In this document: positions 30,346 through 39,990 of the stretch, one piece after another | Layout of the letters: every line of letters begins with the position of its first letter | Numbering within the stretch: the first letter of the stretch is position 1 | Assembly: GCA_964537475.1 (NCBI GenBank) | Contig: CAZIBY010000007.1 | Location: 2,837-66,836 of the forward strand | Origin: an uncultured Chitinophagaceae bacterium | GTDB lineage: Bacteria; Bacteroidota; Bacteroidia; Chitinophagales; LD1 | DNA length: 64,000 nt | Direction: 5' to 3' | Position numbers and translations under genes: made by a program | Notes under the pieces: generated by a model | Databases searched by the model: none | Told to the model about the DNA's origin: nothing | The model's input: the letters and a program-made list of their open reading frames with translations, nothing else

Positions 30346-31578
30346 TCAATCGCGTATTATTTGTTGAGTTAAAGCAGCTTGTCCCAAATTTGCCACCTTT
30401 TTCTTAGAGCCGTACATTGTATGTGTCGCAGCATTTATTGCGTCTAACACAGAACTTTGTGCCAGACGTGCGTATATAACAGTTGCCGCTGAACTTTTAT
30501 GATTGAGAGCTTTGCCGATCATTGGAAGACTTGCGCCGCTAATTGCCATGTAACTACCAAAAGTTCGGCGTAAATCATGAATGCGAATATCCTGAACTCT
30601 CATTCGTTTTTTGATTCTGCCGAATGCCTTTTTAGGGTCTTGAAGATGGCCCGTTGAACCTTCTCCTGGAAACACAAATACATTTGGAGACTCAGATTGC
30701 TTATTAGCTTCATATCGGTTCTTTAGTATTTTCGTGGAGGCTTCAGATAACAGTACAATATTCACTTCGCCATTTTTGGATTCTTTTGCATCAATCCTCC
30801 AGCGGCTTAAATCAAAATCTATATCCGAATACTTCATAGCTAGAACATTAGATTTTCGCGCACCGGTGTAAAGAAGGATCATGAAATAATCTCGAAATAA
30901 GTCACTCTCCCTATTAGTGGCAGCGATAAATTTGAAGAGTTCCCGTTTGCTTAGAAAGCGGTCTCGGCTGAAAGTTTTAAATTTTCTAACTCCGAGGCAT
31001 GGATTTAAACCTGTATAATGATTATCCTTAATCGCAAAGTTATAGGCAGCACTCATGATCTCAACGACCCTATTTGCCATGACTTTGTGATCTTTACCTA
31101 TGGACTGATGGAGTTGTCTGACCTTATCACTTTTTATAGTGGATAATTTATGATTTCCAAAAACAGGATAGACATGTTTAGTAATCATTTTGAGATTATC
31201 ATTGGGTCTTTTGGTAAAGACCAGACCATGATTTGTATAATATCGAGTATAGAGTTCTTTGAAAGTTAGCTCAGCTTTCAATTCCATTTTTCCCGCGAGA
31301 GGATGCTCTCCTAAGGCGATTTGTCCATTCATTGCATCAGCGATCTCCCTAGCCTTTTGCAATTTTAGATCTGGGAATCTACCGAGTTTAACTCGCATAA
31401 ACTTACCATTGATCTTTCGAACAAGATTATATGTTTTAGACCCAGATGGGTTAACCCTAACTCTAAGTCCTCTAATGATTGTGTCTGCTACATCATATTG
31501 AATTCCTTTAACAGGAAGTTTATCAATTAGTGCAATTGTTAAGTTCACTGATTGCTTCACTCCAAGCCTCCGATGCAA
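30346..31578 (-). CDS. P4-like tyrosine integrase with N-terminal arm-binding domain
   Basis: GLRVRVNPSGSKTY...KLGRFPDLKLQKAR arm domain; TGARKSN, HDLRRT and LNH...YAR catalytic residues. Confidence 0.93.
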   Translation of the reverse strand: MHRRLGVKQSVNLTIALIDKLPVKGIQYDVADTIIRGLRVRVNPSGSKTYNLVRKINGKFMRVKLGRFPDLKLQKAREIADAMNGQIALGEHPLAGKMELKAELTFKELYTRYYTNHGLVFTKRPNDNLKMITKHVYPVFGNHKLSTIKSDKVRQLHQSIGKDHKVMANRVVEIMSAAYNFAIKDNHYTGLNPCLGVRKFKTFSRDRFLSKRELFKFIAATNRESDLFRDYFMILLYTGARKSNVLAMKYSDIDFDLSRWRIDAKESKNGEVNIVLLSEASTKILKNRYEANKQSESPNVFVFPGEGSTGHLQDPKKAFGRIKKRMRVQDIRIHDLRRTFGSYMAISGASLPMIGKALNHKSSAATVIYARLAQSSVLDAINAATHTMYGSKKKVANLGQAALTQQIIRD

Positions 31579-31580
31579 AA

Positions 31581-31600
31581 TAGGATACCAATAGGATACC
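31581..31600 (+). repeat. Left arm-type repeat TAGGATACC x2
   Basis: TAGGATACC-AA-TAGGATACC. Confidence 0.7.
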
Positions 31601-31718
31601 CAAGAAATGAAAAGTCGTCAAACTTCATAGAGGAATAGTAGCTCGACATGCCAGTAAATACAAGCAATTGATCCAGAAATCGAAAACAACGAAAGGTTAT
31701 AAAATGCTCTGAAAATGT

Positions 31719-31763
31719 TTTACACCGAGGTGGTCGGGGGTTCGAATCCCTCACCGCCCACCA
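31719..31763 (+). other. 3' half of tRNA-Val(TAC): att core (not a full tRNA)
   Basis: TTTACAC anticodon loop, CGAGG, GGTTCGAATCC T-loop and ACCGCCC-A-CCA end; no 5' half or D-arm upstream. Confidence 0.88.
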
Positions 31764-31809
31764 ATGTTTTCAAAGACTTAATAGAACTGAAAAATATGGT
31801 AAAGAACTA

Positions 31810-31829
31810 TAGGATACCTATAGGCAACC
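31810..31829 (+). repeat. Right arm-type repeat TAGGATACC / TAGGCAACC
   Basis: TAGGATACC-TA-TAGGCAACC; same motif and orientation as at 31581. Confidence 0.7.
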
Positions 31830-32069
31830 GCACAAATCGATTTCCCTCAAAATCCCCATTCCAGCCAAAATCTACCCTTTTATGATTTTAATTAGACTTT
31901 TCGTCTATAAATACTATTCATAATTATTCATAGCTGTTGATAGTGATTGATATGACAATTTTAAGTTGTTTTTTATTCGATTAATATATTATTCAATTGC
32001 TGCCTTTTGGAGGTCAAAGGGTGGCTGTTTGAAGAAACAGCATTTGAGATTAGAACGTTGGAGTGAGGA

Positions 32070-32285
32070 ATGACGACGATTAAGGAAGAAGATATTCTAC
32101 TTACACGAAAAGAGGCCGCAAGGTACATTGGATTAAAGACAAATACCCTGGCTACTTGGGAATGTCACGGAAACTATGAATTAGAACCAATTCGTATAGG
32201 TAATCACAGAGTTCGATACAGACGCTCAGCCTTAGATAACTATATCAATCGCAGAATGGTCAAGAGCCATAAATCGAAGCAATAG
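32070..32285 (+). CDS. Excisionase-like helix-turn-helix protein
   Basis: LLTRKEAARYIGLKTNTLATW...RVRYRRSALDNYI. Confidence 0.85.
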   Translation: MTTIKEEDILLTRKEAARYIGLKTNTLATWECHGNYELEPIRIGNHRVRYRRSALDNYINRRMVKSHKSKQ

Positions 32286-32335
32286 CTTGCAATAAGCCAA
32301 TTTCAATCTAATCATCTAAAGAGAAAGAGAACGCG

Positions 32336-33238
32336 ATGAATATTCATCAGGCGCAGCGTATTCCTATTGTCCATGTTTTGGAGAAAATGAATGCAAGAAT
32401 TATCGAACGAGTTGGGAGTATTACTTGGTACTTATCTCCCCTACGCAATGAAAGCAATCCTAGTTTTTACGTGAACAGCGATAAAAACTTCTGGTTTGAT
32501 ACAGGTTTAAGGCGAGAGGGTGATACTATAGCCCTTGTTTGCGCTTATCTGGAATACTCAAATGAAAATTATCGAATTCAGGATGCTTTACGTTGGATAA
32601 AAAATATGCTTGGACCAGTTCGGGAAATTGCGTCTGTGCACGTCCCGGATTACTCAAAGCAGGATCGTAGATTTGTACTTCGAAATGCTAAACCTCTTGA
32701 AAATATTGGTCTTATAAAATATCTTAAAAGCAGAGGCATACCATGTAGCTTAGCTTTCAAACATTTGAAAGAAGTGAGGATTTACGATTCCGAAAGCAAA
32801 ACCACGTTTCTAACCTTGGGTTTGAGGAATGAGTCAGGCGGTTATGAATTACGTCATCCTACATTCAAAGGAAATATCCGTCGAAGAGACATTACATTTA
32901 TTCGAGGCAAAATACCTAAACACGAGAGCCTGAATATCTTTGATGATTTCATGGATTACTTATCAGCTATCATTTATCGGAATGGAATTGAATTTGATGG
33001 AGACAGTATAATCCTAAACTCGCTTTTGTGCATGAAGCAAGCAGTAGCTTATATTAAAAATTATGGCTACACCACGGGATATACTTGGCTAGATAATGAC
33101 ATTGAAGGACACCAAGCTACTAAAGCCTTCGCGAAATATTTTAAGTTAGAAGATAATCTCACTCATAAGCCGATGAACAACTTGTACAAAGGTTACAAGG
33201 ATGTAAATGACTGGCTGTGCAAGAATAAAGAACATTAG
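32336..33238 (+). CDS. Mobile-element DNA primase-like protein (N-terminal Zn-finger-like + Toprim)
   Basis: WYLSPLRNESNPSF...WFDTG; FMDYLS, LNS, LDND and YKDVNDWL motifs. Confidence 0.85.
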   Translation: MNIHQAQRIPIVHVLEKMNARIIERVGSITWYLSPLRNESNPSFYVNSDKNFWFDTGLRREGDTIALVCAYLEYSNENYRIQDALRWIKNMLGPVREIASVHVPDYSKQDRRFVLRNAKPLENIGLIKYLKSRGIPCSLAFKHLKEVRIYDSESKTTFLTLGLRNESGGYELRHPTFKGNIRRRDITFIRGKIPKHESLNIFDDFMDYLSAIIYRNGIEFDGDSIILNSLLCMKQAVAYIKNYGYTTGYTWLDNDIEGHQATKAFAKYFKLEDNLTHKPMNNLYKGYKDVNDWLCKNKEH

Positions 33239-33250
33239 TTTCAACTCATA

Positions 33251-33285
33251 GCTGTAGTAAGGCTGCAACTCAGCTTTACTACAGC
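33251..33285. terminator. Hairpin between convergent genes, probably a bidirectional terminator
   Basis: GCTGTAGTAAGGCTG-caact-CAGCTTTACTACAGC: 15-bp stem with one G-T pair. Confidence 0.6.
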
Positions 33286-33303
33286 AATATTTGTGATTAT
33301 TGT

Positions 33304-33663
33304 CTATTCCAATTTAATCGAAGTAATTACACCAATAGCTATATCCGTTTCTGTTATGTATCTAGCATCCTTTGCAACAATAACCTTGAGAGCGTGGTTC
33401 ATAAGTTGCTCAAAGCGTCTTTGAAGATTATAACCTTTTAATACAATAACTTGGGAGGTAAAGTAAACTTTCACAATATCCATTTTATCGCTAGACAAGA
33501 GTTCTACGGAAACAAGGTATGCATAATTAAAAAATGCTCTTCGCCCCATTTCTGAAATGAAACATACATTGCGCACCGCACATCCGATGTCGTACAATTC
33601 ATTGTCAATTTGCTCTTCAGCAAAATTATCACTAAAGCTGTGGTTTAATGTCATTGTCATCAC
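33304..33663 (-). CDS. Hypothetical protein coupled to the MobF relaxase gene
   Basis: Overlaps the 3' end of the relaxase gene; RNVCF...FNYAYL...LKGYNL motif. Confidence 0.65.
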   Translation of the reverse strand: MMTMTLNHSFSDNFAEEQIDNELYDIGCAVRNVCFISEMGRRAFFNYAYLVSVELLSSDKMDIVKVYFTSQVIVLKGYNLQRRFEQLMNHALKVIVAKDARYITETDIAIGVITSIKLE

Positions 33664-36388
33664 CTATGTGAAAAGACTGGAAGTTTAGAATTTCATGATT
33701 TCGAAGAATTATTTTTGGTTGGTTTAGTCGGGCCAAATGTTCTGCTGCTTTAACCGAAACACTTTTAGCACCCAAAGCTTCTATCGCAGATCGCCTATCA
33801 GCATCATCAGAAGCATGATTAAAGAGACCTTGAAGATCGTCTGTATAAATTGTTGCTTTATCACGTCCGCGAGAAACGGATACATAGAATTGCTTCAAAC
33901 TCGTCGCCGGAAAGGTTGAGCTTGGCTGAGCAATAAAAACTTCATCGACGGTTTTGCCCTGAGAAGAATGTGATGTAATGCAATAGCCATGAGTTAAGTG
34001 ACCAAAGTCCTTTGGCAACAAATATTCTATTTTGCTAACAGAATTACAAAATCTTAGATTGCCATTTTTATCAATTGAAAGGAATTTAAGAACAGTACCA
34101 TTATCTAATCGCCTTTTCTGTAGATCATACAAATTACGAGTGATTTGAATCGTGTCATTCTCTGATAAAGGGAGGCAACTTTGATAAAAAACATCAAAGG
34201 CATTGGAACGATCTAACTGTAAAATTGCTTTAGCACCAGTTTGCGTTTCAATTTCAATATTGGTAATATTGTTTGAAACAACCGTCCACACCGATCCGCG
34301 CGCAATACCTTGGAGATTTTGGTTGAATTGAATTTTCAAACCCTTCCTATAGTTTCGGGCATCAGATTTTTCAGCTAACGTCATATTGGTATTGGTTAGC
34401 ATAGGAACAAGAATGTCCGTCACTCCAATACGACCGCACTGTCGCAACATCTGTCGAATTTCTGATGTTACTTTATCCCCTTCTTTATGTGTGGGTGCAA
34501 TCACCAAGGCACTGCGTCCTTTACCAACCACTTCCATATAGTCCATTACAAGGGTTTTATAGTTGCTTTTCGCGTTGATTTGTTTCAATGCACCCATTTC
34601 CAGAAGCTTATGGAAGCCTTCTACTATATTACCCTCAGAAAACGCTTGAACTGCCTCCCTGTAATCTTCAGCTCTCTGACGGTATATCCGGCTTACATTT
34701 GCCGACTTAATGCCCGCTACTGTGTTTAAAATGCGCAGGGCATCACCGCGCACCACACTCGAATGTTGTCTTGTATCACCACTGAGTATAAGTCTCGCAT
34801 TTTGGTTTTGGGCCAATGCAAGTAGCGAACACATATCTTTTGTACCCAGTAAACCTGCCTCATCGACCCAAAGCACACCATTTCTCAATACGGCATGCAA
34901 ATCCGGGGTGGTCAACAATTTTGTGACTGTCTCAGCACTGTTGAAACCCTCATTCCGCAACACCCCCCTTGAAGCTTGCGCAGTAGGAGCAACAACAGTC
35001 ACTTCCTTGCCCATTTGTTCAATGAGCTTAATCGTTTCCTTCATAAGGGTTGTTTTACCCGTTCCAGCACGGCCTTGGATGATAGATACTCGGTTTGTCG
35101 TGGTCAGAACATGATTTATAGCCTCTAATTGCTCACCGGAGAGCTTTATTGACGGCAAAATATTATATAGAGGTTTTAATTTCCCTCTACCAGCATTAGC
35201 CAAGCTAACCATGAGCCTTTCTTCGGCCAAGACATCTTTAGTTGTACAAAGAGTTTTGGAGCCATCTTTAACTTTTAAGATTCGTCTATCTTTGGAATAC
35301 GTCTCTATGATTTCCTGAAAACTGACCTGCGAAAAGCTGATTGCGTGACGTAAAGCACTTTCGAGAATGCGCCGCTCATGTACAACGGATGCTCGTTCCA
35401 ACCGCAAATCCAATGCGTAATCAATACAATTTTTAGCGCTAATGCCATTAGATTCCAGATGATTGGCAAAACGGACAGGAGTATTCTCATCTATAACTTT
35501 ATCCAATTTCCGAATTTGCTTGCGCCATTGTGACTTTAACTCAGTCATTGGTTTGCCTTTAGACTTTTGGGATCGCGTCAATGAACCCAATGCGTCTAAC
35601 TCCTTTTGATCTGTTATATTTTGTTCTCGCGCGATTAATCCGATTTCACTGGTACGTTTTGAGAATAAGTCAATGACTGCCCGGGGAATGTTCTCAACTT
35701 CGAAAGACTTATCTGTTCGCTTTATATGGTAACCAAGGGCAATAAGCTTATCCGAAAGTATCTTGTGAAATTGAGCCTGATAAAAAGGCATGTCACGCTT
35801 GATATCGTGAAATTGACCTGCTTTAAATTTCTTTTCTACGTTATCCCAGGTCACATTGAAAGTGAAGCAATGACAATGTAAATGTGGATCGGGATCAGCT
35901 AAACCTACGGGTCGCGCAGTTTGATGTACGAAGTCCGCCCACACTAGTTCCCCCGTGCATCTATTTTCATTTGCCTTACCTATAACCCCGCTTTTTCGAA
36001 TTCTCGTTTGAACATCCCTTTCAATGTTGAACATAGTTTCACTTACACTCTGAGTAAACGCGTCAAGGATATGTGCATCTTGAGCCAATGCGTGAAGGAT
36101 TGAAACTGATTTGGGACAGTGAAAGTTGATATCATAACCTATTCGTCGAATGCTTTTAGTCCTTGGCGTAAGCCTCTCACCTGTGAGTGGATGAATATTC
36201 TCACACAAAGCATGAAAGACATCCTTTGATGTCTTACCAGTAATGCATAGACGCGCAGCAACCTTTCCTTGAATGTGACCACTTAATTCTTGGTCATTCA
36301 AGTAGTAGTCGGTTTTGCGGAGCGCTTCATTAAAGTATTCTTTAGCCCGGCGTACTGATTGAGAAAGAATCATACGTATCATTCCCAA
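33632..36388 (-). CDS. MobF (TrwC-like) relaxase-helicase
   Basis: DYYL tyrosines; GYDINFHCPKSVS; HQTARP...DPHLHCH HUH motif; helicase Walker A QGRAGTGKT and VDEAG. Confidence 0.93.
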   Translation of the reverse strand: MGMIRMILSQSVRRAKEYFNEALRKTDYYLNDQELSGHIQGKVAARLCITGKTSKDVFHALCENIHPLTGERLTPRTKSIRRIGYDINFHCPKSVSILHALAQDAHILDAFTQSVSETMFNIERDVQTRIRKSGVIGKANENRCTGELVWADFVHQTARPVGLADPDPHLHCHCFTFNVTWDNVEKKFKAGQFHDIKRDMPFYQAQFHKILSDKLIALGYHIKRTDKSFEVENIPRAVIDLFSKRTSEIGLIAREQNITDQKELDALGSLTRSQKSKGKPMTELKSQWRKQIRKLDKVIDENTPVRFANHLESNGISAKNCIDYALDLRLERASVVHERRILESALRHAISFSQVSFQEIIETYSKDRRILKVKDGSKTLCTTKDVLAEERLMVSLANAGRGKLKPLYNILPSIKLSGEQLEAINHVLTTTNRVSIIQGRAGTGKTTLMKETIKLIEQMGKEVTVVAPTAQASRGVLRNEGFNSAETVTKLLTTPDLHAVLRNGVLWVDEAGLLGTKDMCSLLALAQNQNARLILSGDTRQHSSVVRGDALRILNTVAGIKSANVSRIYRQRAEDYREAVQAFSEGNIVEGFHKLLEMGALKQINAKSNYKTLVMDYMEVVGKGRSALVIAPTHKEGDKVTSEIRQMLRQCGRIGVTDILVPMLTNTNMTLAEKSDARNYRKGLKIQFNQNLQGIARGSVWTVVSNNITNIEIETQTGAKAILQLDRSNAFDVFYQSCLPLSENDTIQITRNLYDLQKRRLDNGTVLKFLSIDKNGNLRFCNSVSKIEYLLPKDFGHLTHGYCITSHSSQGKTVDEVFIAQPSSTFPATSLKQFYVSVSRGRDKATIYTDDLQGLFNHASDDADRRSAIEALGAKSVSVKAAEHLARLNQPKIILRNHEILNFQSFHIGDDNDIKPQL

Positions 36389-36779
36389 TGTATATGATTT
36401 TCGAGGAATGATTTACAAGCACATTATGCTTCTCCCGAGAGGTGTCAATAATAAACAAACATCATTTCCAATCCAAGGTTTTTCACAATAACCGCCTGCT
36501 GTGTGCCCATTGCTTGGTGAGTTTGTTGATCGCTATTGATGCCGTTGGTTCCTTGTTCTTTGTTTTGCTTGTTTCGCTTTTTATTTTCCTTTCTGGTTTA
36601 AATGCGTTGATAATGGCTACCTCTCTGGGATAACCGAAGCCGCTCCCGTCTCCAACAAAAATTTTCCCCGACCTTTCAGGTCTTCCTCGCGCAGCCAAAA
36701 TTTATTGCTGGTTTGGTCGCTAGTCCTTCGGTTTTTCATCCCTCGAGGCCATTACAACTCAAACAGAAAAGGAAATAAA

Positions 36780-37712
36780 ATGGAAATCGAAACTGCAAAA
36801 CAAACTGAACAACTCGAAGACAACCAAACTTACCCCCAACGTGATTTACATCAAAAAGTAACTGACACAATTATTCGTCAATTAGAGTTGGGCACGGTTC
36901 CTTGGCAAAAACCTTGGATTGGAAATGATAGTATGTTTATGCGGATGCCCAAAAATCACTTTAGCGGAAAGAAATATCGTGGCATCAATATTCTCCTTCT
37001 TTGGGCAGCTACCCAGGAAAAGAATTTGACAACGAATGAATGGGCTTCTTTCAAGCAGTGGAAAGAAAAGGGAGAAAGCATTCGCAAAAACGAAAAAGGT
37101 AGTATGGTTGTTTACTACGATACATTTGAGAAAGAAGAAGATGGTGAAATCAAGAAAATTCCATTCTTAAAGTACTCGATAGTATTCAACCGTTCTCAGC
37201 TTACTGGATATAAGCCTGATCAGGAAGCTAAACCGTCACATAACAGTTCTCTTGTAGAACGCATTGAACATGTAGAAAGTTTTATCTTCAATACGAGAGC
37301 TAAGATTGAAGAATTTGGTCATGCTGCATACTCGGAAAGTAAAGATACTATCTATATGCCACCGCGTGACAAATTCATCGATACCCCGACTTGCAACGCT
37401 ACCGAAGGTTACTATTCGTCATTACTTCATGAACTGACACATTGGACAGGAAGCGAAAAGCGGCTGAATAGAAAACATGGTAAACGCTTCGGTGATAGTG
37501 CATATGCACAGGAAGAACTTGTTGCTGAATTGGGTGCTGCATTTCTTACTGCCGAGTTTGGCATTAATAATCTAGAGAAGGGAGACCATGCAAGCTATAT
37601 CGCCCATTGGCTGGAAGTTCTTAAAAACAATAAGTATTCAATTATCTCAGCTGCAAGCGATGCAAGCAAGGCTTGCGACTATTTAAATGCATTACAACCT
37701 ATGCCTGAGTAA
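36780..37712 (+). CDS. ardC: ArdC-family ssDNA-binding antirestriction protein
   Basis: PWQKPW, YRGINILLLW, WASFKQW, LLHELTHWTG, YAQEELVAELGAAFL and HASYIAHWL motifs; AAGGA SD before the ATG at 36780. Confidence 0.9.
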   Translation: MEIETAKQTEQLEDNQTYPQRDLHQKVTDTIIRQLELGTVPWQKPWIGNDSMFMRMPKNHFSGKKYRGINILLLWAATQEKNLTTNEWASFKQWKEKGESIRKNEKGSMVVYYDTFEKEEDGEIKKIPFLKYSIVFNRSQLTGYKPDQEAKPSHNSSLVERIEHVESFIFNTRAKIEEFGHAAYSESKDTIYMPPRDKFIDTPTCNATEGYYSSLLHELTHWTGSEKRLNRKHGKRFGDSAYAQEELVAELGAAFLTAEFGINNLEKGDHASYIAHWLEVLKNNKYSIISAASDASKACDYLNALQPMPE

Positions 37713-37718
37713 TCGTGT

Positions 37719-37746
37719 TAAAGCCCCGATTAAAGTCGGGGCTTTA
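37719..37746 (+). terminator. Hairpin after ardC
   Basis: TAAAGCCCCGA-6 nt-TCGGGGCTTTA. Confidence 0.6.
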
Positions 37747-37771
37747 CATTTTCTTTCAAAAAGGAGCACCA

Positions 37772-38146
37772 ATGAACTTGTTTACAGATGAACAACTTGA
37801 AAAAATGCGATCAAACGGTTCCTCCGAGAACCGGGATAAAAACCATACACCAGTCGTTAAGTTATTCATGACAAATACGGCTTGTACCTGGTTGTTGTCA
37901 GAAATTGATCCAGAGGCTCCAGACATTGCGTTTGGCCTATGTGATCTAGGAATGGGCTTTCCTGAATTGGGTTATGTGAGCATTCAGGAATTGCAAAGTG
38001 CCACCATCCCTAAAAAGCTAGTCTTTCTTGAACGCGATGAGGATTTTGTTGGCAAATATCCTATGTCAGCTTATGCAGCGGCTGCGCGGCATAAGTTAGA
38101 AATAACAACAGTTGATGAAATCTTAAAAAGATTTGCCCTTTCCTAA
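37772..38146 (+). CDS. DUF2958-family protein
   Basis: PVVKLF...TWLLSE...AFGLCDLGMGFPELGYVS...ERD motif; AAGGAG SD before the ATG at 37772. Confidence 0.85.
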   Translation: MNLFTDEQLEKMRSNGSSENRDKNHTPVVKLFMTNTACTWLLSEIDPEAPDIAFGLCDLGMGFPELGYVSIQELQSATIPKKLVFLERDEDFVGKYPMSAYAAAARHKLEITTVDEILKRFALS

Positions 38147-38150
38147 AACT

Positions 38151-38177
38151 AAGCCCCGGTGAAGATCGGGGCTTTTT
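38151..38177 (+). terminator. Intrinsic terminator; same AAGCCCCG stem as at 37719
   Basis: AAGCCCCG-8 nt-CGGGGCTT followed by TTT. Confidence 0.7.
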
Positions 38178-38511
38178 CGTTTGACCTCCTATGAATTTTC
38201 TAAGAGAAGGGTAATGATGCCCGATTGCAAGAGCTGCTACATTCCGCTTTGCTATATTCTGCAGCACATGCAATCGGGGCCGAAAGTATGCGTATGCGAC
38301 ACTGCGCGAGCCAGTGTTATCTTCGCAAGGTCCTTACGCAAAGGTTAGAGGTCAGGACACATCTGTCCTTTAACCTCTTGGAGCCTTTGCGCCGCCCCAT
38401 CAAAGCTATAACACTAGCCCACTCCGTTTTCGCACACCCATACAACAGCCATGAATGAATTACTGTCAGACATCTCCCCTAAGCGGTGCTTAGCGAAAAG
38501 CATATCCCAAA

Positions 38512-39336
38512 TTAAGTATTGAATTGACCCTTTGTTACATCAAATCTTTTGGTAAGATCTTCAGAATTTTTGTAGAAGAAATCAAAGTTTCTAATCTCTA
38601 GTATTGCCAAAATTAAGAGAAGAGAGTTTTCTTCACTATGGTAATTAACATTGATACCATGGAGTATAGGATTTCTGTTGAAATCGCTTGGATTACCCGA
38701 CCCTGCAAAAAGCTTTTGAATAAATCCATTGTAATGCTTCGCATCGTCAGTGGACCAAAATAGCATTCTGTTATCCCAAACATCATCGGGAATAACAGGT
38801 TTCACATTATCTTTGTTTGCGAGACCGCCATACTCTCTGAGTATTCCTTCTAATGCAATAAATAAAACTGGAATTGATAATATATACCGCCTTTCAAAGT
38901 GGGCACAAAAACCTTCCCTTAAAATATGATGGAATTTCTTGAAACAGTCCATTTCGTTACAAGCAAAATCCAAAATCTTAAAGATGTATTCATGGGAGCT
39001 ATTATCCTTGAATGCGTCAAAGACATCTTGTGTAGTTAGAGTGCCAGCCTTTAACTTGGTATTTAGATTTGTTTCATCCAACCCAGTAGTGGCCGAGCCA
39101 AAAAGATAGAAGCCATTATCTTTACAAAAGGTCTTTAGCGGCAGGTCGGATGTTGCCACGACATTTAGTATATCCTCAGTAAAGTTGAGAGATAACTTCT
39201 TCCCAGTCTCCTGATCTTCCCAAACCGGTATGACCTTTTCACGAAGTTTAATTCCCGAACAACAGTATTTATATTGCAACCCCGAACCACAAGGACAGGG
39301 ATCATTTCGTTTTATTTTTTGATCAGGCTCCTTCAT
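38512..39336 (-). CDS. SEC-C Zn-motif protein with HEPN-like C-terminal domain
   Basis: RNDPCPCGSGLQYKYCC; ALEGILRE; RNPILH (R-x4-H). Confidence 0.7.
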   Translation of the reverse strand: MKEPDQKIKRNDPCPCGSGLQYKYCCSGIKLREKVIPVWEDQETGKKLSLNFTEDILNVVATSDLPLKTFCKDNGFYLFGSATTGLDETNLNTKLKAGTLTTQDVFDAFKDNSSHEYIFKILDFACNEMDCFKKFHHILREGFCAHFERRYILSIPVLFIALEGILREYGGLANKDNVKPVIPDDVWDNRMLFWSTDDAKHYNGFIQKLFAGSGNPSDFNRNPILHGINVNYHSEENSLLLILAILEIRNFDFFYKNSEDLTKRFDVTKGQFNT

Positions 39337-39621
39337 TTATATAAGATTAGGATGTGGCTTAAATTGTTAAATTTTGATTTTTAAAGGTAGGGCATATCCT
39401 CTAAACTTCATGCCATTAGGCTTCATTTACTACTGAATATTTCAGGTTTTCTATTTCATTTTTAAGTTGTAATTTCCGTTATATGTGAGTTGGTATAGGC
39501 CTAATGGATTCCATCGCAAGACGTGTGTTGTCATTACAAAAACCATTAGGTTTTCGCATTAAGGACTGCGTTGTGAAACCTTATATCAAGCTTATCATTC
39601 CATTTTGAACAATCAGAGCCT

Positions 39622-39990
39622 ATGGCCAGACCAGTAAAACAAGACGATGTTAAGAAGCGCATACCGCGTCAATTTCGTCTCACTGAGGCGGAAGATATTA
39701 AGCTGAGGAAGTTGGCAGCGGATGAGGGATTGTCCGTCACAGATTACTTTAAACTTAAAACAATGGGAGTTGATCCCAAGCGCAGGAAAGCGACTCCAGA
39801 ACGGGAAATTCTCATTCGTGGGCTGGGTGATTTGGGACGCATTCGTGACAACATCAATGCAATTGCTAGGGGTGTAAATTCCTTAGAAGATGTTCCAACG
39901 GATAATTTGAGAGATAGGTTCAGTGATGCTCTTTTTGAGATAAGTGAGCTGTCAAAGCGTATAATTAATACCCTCGAAAATGGTTATTAA
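39622..39990 (+). CDS. mobC: MobC-like relaxosome accessory (ribbon-helix-helix) protein
   Basis: FRLTEAE...GLSVTDY...LGRIRDNINAIAR; overlaps the relaxase start. Confidence 0.8.
   Translation: MARPVKQDDVKKRIPRQFRLTEAEDIKLRKLAADEGLSVTDYFKLKTMGVDPKRRKATPEREILIRGLGDLGRIRDNINAIARGVNSLEDVPTDNLRDRFSDALFEISELSKRIINTLENGY

Noticed and set aside
31557-31754. ORF MRDSNPRPPRCK... and a possible full tRNA-Val
   Set aside because: The ORF is the antisense reading of the tRNA T-arm; the tRNA lacks its 5' acceptor strand and D-arm.
36483-36779. ORFs 36483..36698, 36442..36633 and the 36705 upstream start for ardC
   Set aside because: They fall in the structured intergenic region; the SD and family motifs favour ATG 36780.
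39500-39620. Specific nic site for the MobP relaxase
   Set aside because: The position is plausible for oriT, but no consensus nic sequence could be matched with confidence.
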